Of a stretch of 64,000 nt of DNA, positions 1 through 13,804 are shown in pieces. The notes below the pieces were generated by a model, which saw only the letters and a list, made by a program, of their open reading frames with translations, had not been told where the DNA came from and did not search any database. Numbering within the stretch: the first letter of the stretch is position 1; every line of letters begins with the position of its first letter. The position numbers were made by a program, and so were the translations under genes. The stretch spans positions 114,762,001 through 114,826,000 of the forward strand of contig NC_043002.1 of the NCBI RefSeq assembly GCF_006345805.1, in the 5' to 3' direction. This DNA comes from Octopus sinensis. Taxonomy: Eukaryota.

Positions 1-165
1 GTACGAATAAAATCATCATCCCCGGGTTTAAAATTTTAACTGTTCATTCCAAACTTTTTTCAAAAACCAGTATCTGTCCTCAGTTTATTTTTAGATTGCT
101 GCACCTTATGTCCTAGATTTTGGCTTGTTTAAGACTTCAACTATCATTCTGTCATTCCTTAGCTT

Positions 166-224
<59 letters not shown>

Positions 225-285
225 GTGTGTGCGTGTGTGTGCGTGTCTGTGTGTTTGTGCGTGTGTGTATGTATGTATGTGTTTG
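166..285. repeat. (TG)n/(TATG)n microsatellite
   Basis: Direct reading; explains ORFs 106..339 and 125..346. Confidence 0.95.
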
Positions 286-3200
286 TTTGAAAACTGTAAA
301 AGCACTAACTGAAGTTATGTTTTGTTTCATATTCTGCACGAATTGAGTTGCAATATTTTATCACAGTGCAAGAAGATGCTGTACCTAAGTGTCCCGTGTT
401 ACAGTTTAAATCATAAAGCATACGGTTTATATGCTAACATTGAAATTTATAGACTGTTATATGTGTTATGCAATGAATTTACTCCTGTTTTAAAATTTAA
501 CATATTTTACATTCACATTTCTGTTATGTAGATTTCCAATTCTCGAGAAACAGTTTTGCTGTTTTGAAATACTTGCAGCTAGTTATTCTTCAGAAATAAA
601 AATTGGCTGTTGTATATTGCATCGCAGAATCTGGATGAGCGAATCTAAAAACTATAAAGTTTTTATTGCGGCAATCTATCGTAACGACTTTTGGGAGTAT
701 GAAGAACTGCCAATGGAAATGATAACAATTTGGTATTATTATTGTTAAACATTATTAAATTATTGGACATACTTTCAGAAGTATTTCCTGGTCATCGCCG
801 GAGGAAAAATTAGATGAAAGCTTTGCTCTCAAGTGTCCTAGAAGATATGACTCATGACTTGAAAGCTAAAGTCAAACGTACTTTACTAGTGAACCTCCTT
901 ATATACTTGTGGATAATTTTCAGGGGACCTCATTCAATTAGAGAGGAACTAGAAAGTGTTCGTGGAAAAGGGATCGTAAACGAGTAGAGAAAATACTGTT
1001 ATATGAGGAAATGGAAGTGAATTAAAGGAGGAGAAAGTGATTTTCTGCAGCTGTACATTTACTTCTACAGAGCTTTGGATGAGAGATCAGAGGCAAACAA
1101 ATGAAAAGAGCCAGGAAATAATAAGGGAAGAATAAGAACTTGAGTGAAAATAGAAAGGAAAAATAAAGAAAAAGAATACAATAGTATGATGTATTAAGAT
1201 GAAGTGAAATAGAAAATGTCCAAAGGATTGGGTTGGGGAACTAATAATAATAATGTATAAAGAAGGGCAAGTGGTCAAAGGGCTTACGAAAGAGGAAGGA
1301 CGAAACACAATAAGAAAAAGTGCATTAAGATAAAAGTAACCAAAATTGTTGGTTATAGACAAGCTTTAGTAGGGGCTCCTATTTCACTATCCCCTACTCA
1401 GAAACAGAAAGTCGTTAGCTTTGATGACTGACATGTGGGTATTACTGGAATTTATCTTATTGATTATATGAGGCTATAAGCTTATATTATTAAGATTGAA
1501 ACTTTTTATTTGTCAAATGAGCCATTTTCCTACCCCCTCTTACAGAGAGAACTGGTATTGTGGGGGGGGGGGGAATAAGTGAAAGTAGAACTGTCAGGTT
1601 AAGCCTAAAAGGAAATCTAATGATTTTTAATGTTTTCATTAAGTAAACGTCACTGCCGTCTAAGTCTGGCATTTTGCAATAACACAAAAGGTCTTTGATG
1701 TTCTAGTCTCTCCCATCCATATGGAAATACACATCAGTTGAGGATGATATAGATATATGTGCTCGGCATCCTTTTCCTACATACAGAAAGTAATACACTT
1801 TTACTTACACATACACGGTATATACTCACATCAATGCGTGGATGCACGCGCACGCACATTTCACACTTGTAATCCATTTACAAGTCTCTAACATGTGCTT
1901 AATGTAAAAAGCCTCTTTTAATTCTTTAAATGTAGACGTGAGAAGAAATAAAAAGGAAAGAAGGGGGAAGCTTGGAGCCTTCATGAGTGGTAAAAAATAA
2001 AGCAAAAATAGTTTTTGTACCTGTTACCCTGTAAATGCTGAAGGTACTATAAACATTATTATGCTCTGGCTTTTATATATGCTTCCTAAAACACCCGATC
2101 TGTCAAAACAATCGGAGAACATCAATTACAATAGAAATAATAACAGAAGTATCACAGCATTCATTCTTAGTCTAAGATATTTAAGTGTTTAACACATATA
2201 AAAGGGAAGTGGTTTGTAAAACGCCCAACCTTAACTGGTTCATGACTTGAGAAGGGAGTCAGCCTAAGTTACATCTACAATCACCTTGTTCTTAGACATA
2301 ATGAATCGCTTTGGAGGACTTTTATATGCAATTTACAATGGAATGCTTCGATCAAGTGAAGCCAAAGAAAATCAAGATTTCGATTTTAAGTTTCTTTTCA
2401 ACTAAATTTTGATTCCGCTAAATACTTAATATCTCCGTTTATTTCACGGTTCCTTAAACGATGTAATGCGGTTGAACTAAATCATTTCTACGGAAGACAT
2501 ACAATTACGGCCGGATTTAATGGACCCGATTTTCTTTTTCTCGCTTGTCTTCAGGTTAAGTGCACTGTTGCTAATAACGATTGGAAACAAAAGAACTTCT
2601 GACAGTAACTTTCCACTTCATAAATATGGAGAAAGATGACAAGGGGGAATGGAAACCCATGTAAAGAATAAGAATCCTTATGGATGGAGTTGCATACTGT
2701 TGAGGAACCATAGCAAGGGTAAACAGATAATTAGACATTACTTTACTTTGTGACTAAATCATGGCATTTTGTCATTGATTCAATACAAAGCAGAGGCTGG
2801 GTTTTAGTGGAGATATTCGGTTAAACATCATTTCAGCAATGTCATACGCCGCGTATTTATCTGTTTTATATAACTCCTGTTTCATGTACTCAAACTAACG
2901 AAAAAAAAAACATAATTCATTCAAAGCGTACAGTGTTGAACACTACTTTTGTCCTGAACCTTTTTATAGCTAAATCGTCTACACTGGAAACAATTATGTA
3001 ATGTTTCTAAAGATAGCTCAATGAACAGTGACCTGGTACATTCTACTTCTATCTTTACGGTTCGGTCATTTATGTAATTCAGATTAAAGGCGAAACTAGT
3101 TGACTAAACCTATTCAATAATGGCTATTTTCTTTAGAAAACAAAGTGAAATTTATAGAGAGAAGTTTACTGACAATGTAATATGAACTAGTATGTTTTAG

Positions 3201-3324
3201 TATTTATTTTTGTTGATTCCCAAAGATGAAAGACCAGATTGACTATAATGTGATTTCAGATCATAATAGTAAAGCATCTTTAATTAGGTTGCTACTGTCT
3301 GCACTGAATGCATTTTCATTGACT

Positions 3325-3609
3325 TCATAATGTTAATTGAAGCGTTAATGATAGTGGCAAAGATTGTTTTGATGGTGATGTGAAGTTGCTAGGAGTTGTA
3401 GTGTTGTGTTTTGAAGTATCAGAGTGATTATGATGGTTATTTTTAATGTTGGGTGTGTCAGTAGATGTTGGTGTAAGTGTTCGAACTATGATGCTCTCAA
3501 TTTTGTATACGTCAGTGTGCGACTGGTGTGATCCGGTGGTATATTTTGCAATCTTAAAGTAGTGACGTATAAAGTGGTATGAAATAGCATTATCATCCGT
3601 ACTAGCCAT
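3325..3609 (-). pseudogene. Possible decayed C-terminus of a PLE GIY-YIG endonuclease
   Basis: Minus-strand peptide HFIRHYFKIAK...YKIESIIVRTLTP resembles the remembered H...FKIL...KIKESIxIxxLKPxLN tail of PLE endonucleases. The similarity is weak and no upstream GIY-YIG motif is seen. Confidence 0.3.
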
Positions 3610-4276
3610 CCTTTCAGTTCATAACCCAAGTGTTCTATAAACTACAGGCATTTATATACTGCATCTTATTACAGCAACAATATGAACACTCGAACACTTT
3701 TAGATTTTGAATATATAAAGATGTTAGCTTCACAAATAAGCATTATATGTATTTTTCAACAACAAATATTAGATAGGTTTGAAGTGTAAAGTTTTTAAAA
3801 GAAATAGAAAATATTAAAAAGATTGCCTACAGTTTCCCTTACGGCTGTTTATTTGGATAGAATGCTTTAGTTTGGTTAACAAATTAAGATTGCTCCGGGT
3901 AAATTCAGGAGCGTTAAAAAAAGGTGTTATTTTGTTGCAGAAAGAATTTCTAGAAAACATCCGGAAATTAGAAAATCATGAATCAAGATTTATACATTTA
4001 TTTATATCTCACTTCAGGAGTTGATTAAGAGAAATTTTATTATTTCACATGTTTATTTCTTTAGAATTCTTTTTGTAACCTAAATCATGCTTTATTTTAA
4101 CTCGCTTCCTTCATTTGATTTTGCACGAAGGAAAGATACATAATATACATAATATAATACCAGCTCTAAAGATCAGTGCGCCTTTAACAAATTCATACAT
4201 TTGTAAACTTTCAAAATCCTAGATATGCTTACACGTACCTACATACATACATGCACCCCTCCACACACACACAAAC

Positions 4277-4324
<48 letters not shown>

Positions 4325-4871
4325 GTACGTTCATACATGTATACATGCATGCATGCATACATGTACATAGATACTCATGGGATTGTGAAAGGGAAAGTAA
4401 AAAAGAAAAACGATACTGACAGCATGGTTTATGATGAAGAGCGAGTTACACTACCCGTTGGTGCAAATTTATTCATATGTGAAGTAACTAATTACCTCAA
4501 GGACATCTCTACTTGCTTCGCATTCGTACAAAATTTTATTGCATTTGTCATCTATTAACTATAATTGCTACATCTCTAACTTGATGTGTTTATCATACAT
4601 CAGAGGGCAACAATAGTAATGTTTATAACCCTGATATGCTTCTGTGAAATAATCTTGCTCATCTCACAGCATTAAAGCATTGCATACATACATAAGAAAG
4701 CTTCACTGATAAACTCAGTAACTGTAATACCAAAGTTTACTACGTTTACATCAGATTTCATTACTTTCCAATATTAGTACTTAAGTCCTGTTTCCATTGG
4801 CTGAGCTTCCACATACGAAGGTACAGTTTCAATTAGACTATTTTTTTCTAAAGTAACCGTAATCCAATATA

Positions 4872-5396
4872 CAGGATATCCCAAAAAGATGTACTCCCTC
4901 TTTGACTCCCCAGTACTCATGCATTTTGTGTTCAAGTAGTTGTTTATTGATATACATACAATCCTAAAAAAATGGAATTAAATTCAGGAAAATAAATCGT
5001 TGTAGAAACGATTATTTATTGTCATTTAGAATTATTTAATGTTCTCTCCTATTCCTGCGTGTTCGCAAATGTTCAAACTGCCTTCCTTCATTTTCCAAAC
5101 AAAGCTGATAAACGTCCAACAATGGATTCGACAACATTGCAGAACATTTCATTTGGTGTTGCAAGACATTGTATTCGAATTTCATTTTTCAAATCATGAA
5201 TTGTCACTGGTTTTGTAGCGCAAACCTCATCGTTGAGATGTCCCTATAAAAAAAAAATCCATTGGCGTAAGGTCTGGGGAACGTGCAGGAAATTCAACGC
5301 TACCTCTCCTCCCAATCCATTTGTTTGGATTTGTTGCATCGATGCAAGCCCGTACATCCTCTGTCAAAGACTGAGTACATCTTTTGGGACACCCTT
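4872..5396 (-). mobile_element. Internally deleted Tc1/mariner-superfamily transposon (transposase C-terminus only)
   Basis: Left TIR TA|CAGGATATCCCAAAAAGATGTACTCCCTCTTTGAC (4872) matches right GTCAAAGACTGAGTACATCTTTTGGGACACCCTT (~5363-5396). The minus strand encodes FPARSPDLTPMDFF..GHLNDEVCATKPVTIHDLKNEIR...NVVESIVGRL, the conserved WPxxSPDLTPxDFFLWG block. Confidence 0.85.
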
Positions 5397-6487
5397 TTTA
5401 TTTTCAGTTTTCTTTGTGGCCAGCAGATGATTAAGAACAGATCATATTTACATAGTCACATGCAAATTATCTTGTTGCTCGCAAAAATATTTTTTTACTA
5501 TTTGAAAAGCCTTGTTTTTTATAACGTATCTACCATAAACGGGACTATATTAGTTGAATCAGTAATCCAAATCCCAGTGATCTCTTTGCTGTTCATTCGA
5601 CCAATGTTCCTGCAAAATAAGCTATAATTCTATTACTTCTTTTAAATTAGACACCACACTGATGCTCGTAAACCTTTTCAATTAGAATACATTTGGGTAG
5701 GTGGAGTTCTCCAGCCCTCTAAAGTAGTTCATCTTGGAGAAGGCCACAGTAATGTAAAACTAGTCAGCGCAACAATCTTAGCGCGCTGAGCCACTGTAGA
5801 AGGACTGTCAAGTGTAAAGAGCGGAACCAGATCGCGCGGACTGACTCTCATTTTAAAAATACTAAACGCAGACAGGATGAAGAAGCCTTGCAGTTTCAAG
5901 CATCGGTTTACAATGCCACTTGAAGTCCTACCGCTCTACTTCATAATCTTCAGACATGGACAAATTGCCATTATTTTTGTGTTTTGTTCTGTAGTTTTCT
6001 ATCACATCGAGATTCAAAAGTATGATTATCTCCCTTGTTAATAGCTGTCGCCTGCTAATGGATACAACATAAAACCTGCAAAGATATCTATCTATCTATC
6101 TCGAGTCCAGGAAGGGCTACTAATTCTGTCACTATTGCCGACATTCCCTCTTTTACGGAATATATACACGCTTAACTTTCTGCTGATATAAGTGCTTGTC
6201 CTCTACGTTTTCGTGTACGTGCGTAGGTGTGTGTGTATGTATGTATGTATGTATGTATGTATGTATGTATGTATGTATGTATGTATGTATGTATGTATGT
6301 ATGTATGTTTGCATGCATGCATGTGTATATGCAGTTATGTATGTAATCTCGTTCTTAGTCTTGCTGTCTCTCTTGCAAAATTTCTCACTTAAGAGGACGT
6401 AAAGAAGTCAAAATCAGTGGCCTAACGGCAGTGAGTGGCGAGCAATTACGAACACAAAGACGCACACTCTCTCTCTCTCTGCCCCCT

Positions 6488-6526
<39 letters not shown>

Positions 6527-6591
6527 AACGCACACACGTTATACGACAGGCTTCCACAATTTACGTCAACCAAATTTTATCACAAGACGTT

Positions 6592-6712
6592 GGTTGGCCC
6601 GGGGCTATTGTAGATGAGCTATGCCCAAGGGACCGCGCGGTGGAACTGAACCCGAAACTACGTGGTCACAAAATGAACTTCTTAGCTACATACCCATGCC
6701 CGCGCTTATACC
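6592..6712 (-). mobile_element. SINE family A (tRNA-derived), diverged head fragment
   Basis: Similar to the reverse complement of the 5' part of the full copies at 12969 and 33543. Confidence 0.6.
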
Positions 6713-8482
6713 ATACTGCCATGCTGTTCTGAAAAATTAATTAAGAAATTCAAGAGTACTCTGGATGTACAAAATGATATTTTTGAATGAATTAAGAATA
6801 GTTTTATCTGGCAAGTCGATCCTAAATTTAAATGTCAAGTATGAATACGTAAGTGGTTAGGTATGCGTGGAATTATAAAATCATAGAATTCGCTAACGAG
6901 TGTCTTTACGGTTGGATTGTTTTAAAACTGCATATGGGATTAGGGGGAGAAACTGTGGTCTTGAATGGTCAATACGTATTCTAGCTTGACGCTTCTTATA
7001 GAATGACTTCTACTTTCGCTGCATTCAGTGACACATATAGAAGATAGACGGTCAGAAAAGGTTTCCGGATTGTAGAAATATTGTTCAGTTTATTAAATAA
7101 TGTATTTAGTAATTCGATTTCATGTTGTAAGTTATTAAGGATGTTCATGTTTTCTCACTACAAGTTGTGTTTCAATCGGTAGATATATGTGATTTAGAAT
7201 ATTTACGTGTATCTAGTAAGATTAAGTGATCATGGTTGGTTAATGTATGCAATCCGTTGATCATAACTATCTTTATGTCAGTGTTTGTGGTCATAGTGTT
7301 TCTATATTGATTAGGTTAATATATATTTGTATTTTTTAAATCTATAATTTTTTAAAACCTATAATTTGTATTTCTTCTAGTTTAGTTAATTCTTTAAAAG
7401 TGTTATTATTGATTAAATTGACAGACTTAGGTAATTGTAAATATCGTAATTTGTTTCATTGAATTTTTTGTAACTATGTAATCAGTTTGTACGTGGTTCA
7501 CTTTGTAATTATGATTCAGGTATATTAGATTTGTATATTCCTAGGCAGCGTTAGATTACATATCTCTAAGGTTGTTGGGACACCGTCGGAAGTAGGTTCC
7601 TGCATATAGTTGTCAAAACCACGTTAATATCCGTTAGGCAGCTGAAGAAGGTATTCTTAGTTTTGTTGCTTTTGTTGCATATCTTTCTAAGGTTTGCTCT
7701 GATTAAGTTCTACATATTTGTAGGTATGGTAATATGTTTTTAATTCTTTTATATTTGGATTCAAATATTTGTAGTTTTTATTTGTGAAGTTATTTTAACT
7801 GGGAGGAATTTCTTTTATGAGTTTTAAGTTAAACGTTTGATTTCAGAATTGTTAGTGGTTCCAGGTTAGTTTAATTTATATCATTTTGGACGATACTAGT
7901 TTACGTTATTTACTTAAACGAAAATAATTTTTAGATGAAAGATCGGATGACATAGATAATACACATTGCATATATATATATGTGTGTGTGTGTGTATGTG
8001 TGTGTGTGTGTGTGTGAGTGTGTGTGAGTGTATGTGTGTGCGTGTGTGCGTAGATCTATCCTTACACACATTTATGTACATCTCTATATGTGTGTTTTCT
8101 ATGAATCCAGTCAGTAATCAAACTATGAATTCGCGACCTACAAAATTCTCCTCCAAACTTATAAAATTTTGTACAGTGTGTCTGGAAAAGATGGACGGAT
8201 GCACTATGTATATATGTAAAGATTTAGAGATGGTAGATGCTCTATACGTTTATACATGTAAGCATATATAAATTAAATTTATCTATATTATTATATTTAC
8301 TATTAATATTTATATCCATAAAATGTATATCCCATATCATAATGGAACGCAGGAAAAACAAAATTAAAATGGTGCCAAATATTCCGGGTTTTGTCTCAAA
8401 CCTCTGCATATATTATTCACAAGGAATTTCAACATATGCGTATGTTTCTCTCATTCAAAACAAAACATCTACATACATGTAA

Positions 8483-9090
8483 ATCTCTTATGAGAAAAGG
8501 CAGATTTTCTCTGCCTCTCACATAGTTTGTTTTTAATACAATTGTACAATATAGAATTTCTTCAATTGGAATTTACCTATGACTTTTCGAAGTACATTCC
8601 ATTGGGTCACGGCATATAAAGTTTTTTCAATTTGACCCCCAATTAAGCAAAAATTCGAGAAAACTAAATATTTTACGATTTGCCTCTCTAATTTCAACTG
8701 CTTCACTCCTTCTATTACCACACTTTCTCCTACTTTCTCTTTGCAAGTGTAACGATTTGCCTCTCTAATTTCAACAGCTTCACTCCTTCTATTACCACAC
8801 TTTCTCCTACTTTCTCTTTGCAAGTGTAACGATTTGCCTCTCTAATTTCAACAGCTTCACCCCTTCTATTACCACACTTTCTCCTACTTTCTCTTTGCAA
8901 GTGTACCTTCAACCACTACTCAAAAAAAATACACAGGAAACAGAAACAAAGAAATACATAACGATTTACTCCTCACACAATTTCTTCAATTGGAATTTAC
9001 CTATGAACGGATGGCCAATGATATACATATGCATATACAACATGGATACATACGTACTCACGTATATATATAATAGAGAAATATAGAGAT
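8483..9090. mobile_element. Non-autonomous DNA element (Helitron/Helentron-like ends) with internal 77-bp tandem repeat
   Basis: Ends ATCTCT (8483) and AGAGAT (9085-9090) are inverted. Subterminal hairpin AGGCAGA-TTTTC-TCTGCCT (8498-8516). A 28-bp direct repeat AATTTCTTCAATTGGAATTTACCTATGA lies at 8555 and 8979. Family assignment is inference. Confidence 0.45.
8675..8905. repeat. 77-bp minisatellite, 3 near-identical copies
   Basis: Units ACGATTTGCCTCTCTAATTTCAAC...TTTGCAAGTGTA start at 8675, 8752 and 8829. Confidence 0.95.
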
Positions 9091-9260
9091 TTGCACTGGT
9101 AAAAATATGACTTGTAGCGCAAAACGGTGCCTTTAATGGCTATAGAGTCCACGGTAGCTTCATAGATTTACATAATATTGAGGTCTCTTTCTTTCTTTTG
9201 CTATCTTACCGTTTTTACCAATATACATATATATACGTGTGTGTGTGTGTGTGTATAAAT

Positions 9261-9295
<35 letters not shown>

Positions 9296-9510
9296 AATAG
9301 ATAGAAACAAAGAAAGAGAGAGAGGAGGAGATGTTAAATTTTGAGTTGAAAACTAAAACAAACTAAAACTATTATTGATGTCACATACTTAATCTATGTG
9401 TTTTAAAGCCTTAGGTGAGTTTCCCGAGACGACATACCACAGCCAAAACGCGTTTAAACAAAATGCACTCATTAAGTATATATATATCAATAATACATAC
9501 ACATATACAC

Positions 9511-9562
<52 letters not shown>

Positions 9563-9563
<1 letters not shown>

Positions 9564-9741
9564 GTAAGGAAAAATTTTTTTTAAAATGCAGAATGCTCAA
9601 ATGAAAGAAAATTTTAATAAAATGAGAAATTGATAAAATTGATAAAATTTTCTTTCATTTGAGCATTCTGCATTTAAAAAAAAATTTTTCCTTACTTATC
9701 ATTTCTCCACGTGCGGTCAACACAACCCCACCATTTATTGA

Positions 9742-9745
<4 letters not shown>
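9563..9745 (+). mobile_element. Short fold-back element in (TA)n, PLE-terminus-like
   Basis: About 53-bp inverted arms (starting at 9563 and ending at 9696) followed by a ~50-bp unique tail. Flanked by (TA)n on both sides. Confidence 0.55.
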
Positions 9746-9798
<53 letters not shown>

Positions 9799-10686
9799 TC
9801 AAGACATGTGTGTGTGGTATATATATATATAATTGTGGTTTGGTGAATCTTCTGCAGTGGACTTTCATAGTACATTGGCTGCAGATCTACAATAGTTCTT
9901 TAGAGAAACACTTTATTATATCAGTTAATACAAAACAAATCCAATGTAACGTAATATAATGTGTCCCTGAAGAAGCTTTGTGGATCTCCATCCACATCTA
10001 GTATGAAAACCCATTGCAGAGCATGAAAATATGCTAACGGCTAAGCACGTGTACGAAGGAAACGGTATAAACTGGATATTGTGTTTTATTTGTTCTGTAT
10101 ATCATGTGTTCCTATATTTATTCCCTGTGTATATCATAACCGGTAATGCCACACCACATTACTCGAAGGAGACTGGATGATGATATTTTATGTGGAGCTC
10201 TGAATTTACCAGGAGCAGTCGTACTTCTAACTGCACAGATAAAAAGTAATTATACTAACACAGACAATATAAATGTATACACCACCACACATACATATAT
10301 ATGTATATACGTATTTATGTATATATATATGTGTGCGTGTGTGTGTGTATGCATATATGCATATGTATATCTGCATACGTATATATATATATATATATAT
10401 ATATACAGACATACATGTATGTATGTATGTGTGTATATATGTATATAAAGTGGGAGACAGGTCCTTATATATGAGGGAAAAGTGACTAATATTCATGGAT
10501 GATATTTTCTTTCCATAAAACACTCAGTAAGCTACGAACGAAATATATAGAGCGAGATAGTGACTGATATTTCAATAGGATATTACATATTTACAACCAC
10601 ACACACACACACACACAATACACATACACACAAGCATACACTACATTTCATAAATTCGCACATAAACACATGTATATTCACGCACA

Positions 10687-10737
<51 letters not shown>

Positions 10738-11069
10738 CTAACATGGAGTAAAAATAAAATATCTATGACGTATGTGTTTGTGTGTGAATGATTAGTCAAA
10801 AAATATAAAAATAAGGGCTAAGTATTATGTGGCATCTAAATATTAAAACCACACCAATAAATATCAGGATAAGATTATACAATCAAAGCATCTAATCCTA
10901 AAGACATCTCTGCTTTCACAGAATATATAATTTCTGGATCACTATCCAAGGCTTCCTTCAAACTGCCAGCGTCTTAAATTATTCAACTTCAATATATTCT
11001 TTGCTTACATTTTTGAAAATTTTCTATACATATCCTTTAGATGAACGGTTTCTCTCTGTATACACAAAC

Positions 11070-11226
11070 ATACATACATTCATACATACATACATATATA
11101 CACACATATATACATACATACATACATACATACATATACATACATATACATACATATACATACATAGATATACATACATACATACATACATATACATACA
11201 TATACATACATACATACATACATACA

Positions 11227-11258
<32 letters not shown>

Positions 11259-11350
11259 CATACATATACATACATATACATACATAGATATACATACATA
11301 CATACATACATATACATACATATACATACATACATACATACATACATACA

Positions 11351-11384
<34 letters not shown>

Positions 11385-11410
11385 AATATATATATATATA
11401 TTTATATATA
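11070..11410. repeat. Compound (TACA)n/(TA)n array with ~120-bp higher-order duplication
   Basis: Lines 11161-11220 and 11281-11340 are identical, including the same AGATA interruption. Confidence 0.9.
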
Positions 11411-11414
11411 TATA

Positions 11415-11472
11415 CGTTTGTTTGGTTCTTAATATTTCCGACTACCTTCTTCTTCCCCTTCCTCTTCTTCTC

Positions 11473-11519
<47 letters not shown>

Positions 11520-12245
11520 AGTTCCATTCTCTTTCTTTCTCTGGCATACAATTATTCCTTTGATTTTTAAATATCTTGATGCCTTCCCACAAATACAGTT
11601 TTCGGCCTTTATACGCCTGAAACCTACGATGCGAAAGTCGCCATTTATTCAGGTAGAGAAGCATAAAAATAAATGGATTGCTTACGTAAAGAAATTTCAT
11701 ACATACACACAGACGCTGGCAAGCACCGGCATTATATACTGATGCATATGCTCATATATGCGCGTGTATGTATATATGTATGTATGCATACACACACACA
11801 CACACACGCACACACACATATATATATATATACGTTTGTTTGGTTCTTAATATTTCCGACTACCTTCTTCTTCCCCTTCCTCTTCTTCTCTTCTCTCTTT
11901 CTCTCTCTCTCTTCTCTCTCTCTCTCTCTCCCTAGTTCCATTCTCTTTCTTTCTCTGGCATACAATTATTCCTTTGATTTTTAAATATCTTGATGCCTTC
12001 CCACAAATACAGTTTTCGGCCTTTATACGCCTGAAACCTACGATGCGAAAGTCGCCATTTATTCAGGTAGAGAAGCATAAAAATAAATGGATTGCTTACG
12101 TAAAGAAATTTCATACATACACACAGACGCTGGCAAGCACCGGCATTATATACTGATGCATATGCTCATATATGCGCGTGTATGTATATATGTATGTATG
12201 CATACACACACACACACACACGCACACACACATATATATATATAC
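11415..12245. repeat. Tandem duplication of a ~414-418-bp segment
   Basis: CGTTTGTTTGGTTCTTAATATTTCCGAC starts at 11415 and 11833. Unique parts appear identical; ORF pairs 11518/11932 and 11673/12087 are offset by 414. Confidence 0.95.
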
Positions 12246-12285
12246 ATATACACACACACGCATATATATATATGTATGTGTATAT

Positions 12286-12354
<69 letters not shown>

Positions 12355-12475
12355 TATATATGTATATATATGTATGTGTGTGTATATATAAAAATATATG
12401 TATATATATATATGTATGCCTGTGTGTGTATACATATATGTATGTATGTCTATTTTTCTATCTATCTATCTATTT

Positions 12476-12508
<33 letters not shown>

Positions 12509-12968
12509 ATATATATTATATAATATATATATATATATATAGATATGTATGTCTGTATGTCTATCTATCTATATATAAATAGGTGCATGCTTATGCACAT
12601 ATGCGTATATATGCACCTACCTATTTACATGCATGAGTGTGTGTGCGTGTGTTTGTGTGTTTAATTTCGTATCTTTAATCTTGTTCTGAATATATGTGAA
12701 TATATGGCAATCAACAAGTCGCAGACTTAATGTGGCAGTTCTGAATGAATAGCCTACGAAGAGATGATTCTCAACGATAACGACTTTGAGAGAAGACTGA
12801 GACAAACAGACAGACAGAAAGACAAAGAGATTATGAATTTAGTTTGAGATGAACGAGGCTAACTGAAACTTCGTGAATCACTTATGAATTCCACAAAGCT
12901 CCTCATATACCTCATGCATAACTTCGAATCGAAGAGCAACAAATTACATTATTTATACATAAACAATA

Positions 12969-13375
12969 GGTGCAGGAGTGGCTGTGTGGTAAGTAGCTTG
13001 TTTACCAACCACATGGTTCCGGTTTCAGTCCCACTGCGTGGCACCTTGGGCAAGTGTCTTCTACTATAGCCTCGAGCCGACCAAAGCCTTGTGAGTGGAT
13101 TTGGTAGACGGAAACTGAAAGAAGCCCGTCGTATATATGTATATATATGTTTATATATGTGTGCGTGTATGTTTGTGTTTGTCCCCCTAGCATTGCTTGA
13201 CAACCGATGCTAATGTGTTTATGTCCCTGTCACTTAGCGGTTCGGCAAAAGAAACCGATAGAATAAGTACTGGGCTTACAAAGAATAAGTCCCGGGGTCG
13301 ATTTGCTCGACTAAAGTCGGTGCTCCAGCATGGCCGCAGTCAAATGACTGAAACAAGTAAAAGAGTAAAAGAGTA
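12969..13375 (+). mobile_element. SINE family A, full length
   Basis: tRNA-like head GGTGCAGGAGTGGCTGTGTGGTAAG...GGTTTCAGTCCC with A/B-box-like motifs, central (TA)(TG) tract, CAGTC-AAAT-GACTG hairpin and (GTAAAAGA)n tail. Confidence 0.9.
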
Positions 13376-13575
13376 AGGTAGCAAGCTGGCAAAATCGTTA
13401 ACGAACCGAGGTAATTTCTTTCGATTCTTAATGCTCTGAGTTCAAATCTCGCAGAGATGTACTTTGCTTTTCATCATTTCGCGGTCGTTAAAATAAGGAC
13501 CAATTGAGTACTGGAATCGATGTGATCGACTTTCCTTCTCGTCAGAATTGGTGACCTTATGCCAAAATATAAGAG
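13376..13575 (+). mobile_element. SINE family B-related, diverged
   Basis: AGCTGGCAAAATCGTTA head and CTGAGTTCAAAT...CTTTGCTTTTCATC core, as in the copy at 23219. Confidence 0.7.
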
Positions 13576-13804
13576 AGTTAATATGCAAATACGTAAAAAC
13601 TTCTTTTCAGTCTAGAAATTTATCTACATCCCTATATACAATACATTCGTAAACACGGATGGAAAATGAAAAATACATTAGACTTATATACATACGCTTG
13701 TATAGTGTGTGTGTACGTGAATATGGATGTGTGTGTGTGTGTATGTGTGTCCGTGTGTGTGTGTGTGTGTGTGTGTTCAGAAAGTTGATTATTATGGCCG
13801 ATCA

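Noticed and set aside
560-1000. Possible hAT/Charlie 3' end (reverse complement CAGTATTTTCTCTAC...)
   Set aside because: No matching second TIR and no convincing dimerisation-domain motif.
1490-1687. Minus-strand peptide FRLNLTVLLSLIPPPPTIP resembling a LINE ORF2 C-terminus
   Set aside because: The similarity is too short and is interrupted by a poly-G run.
6740-7930. A-rich minus strand that looks like a decayed retroelement ORF
   Set aside because: Many stops and no diagnostic RT or endonuclease motif could be read.
9960-10080. CTGAAGA plus TGTGGAT/ATCCACA hairpin and later GAAA (hammerhead-like)
   Set aside because: Stem II does not close next to a GAAA and no stem I pairing was found.
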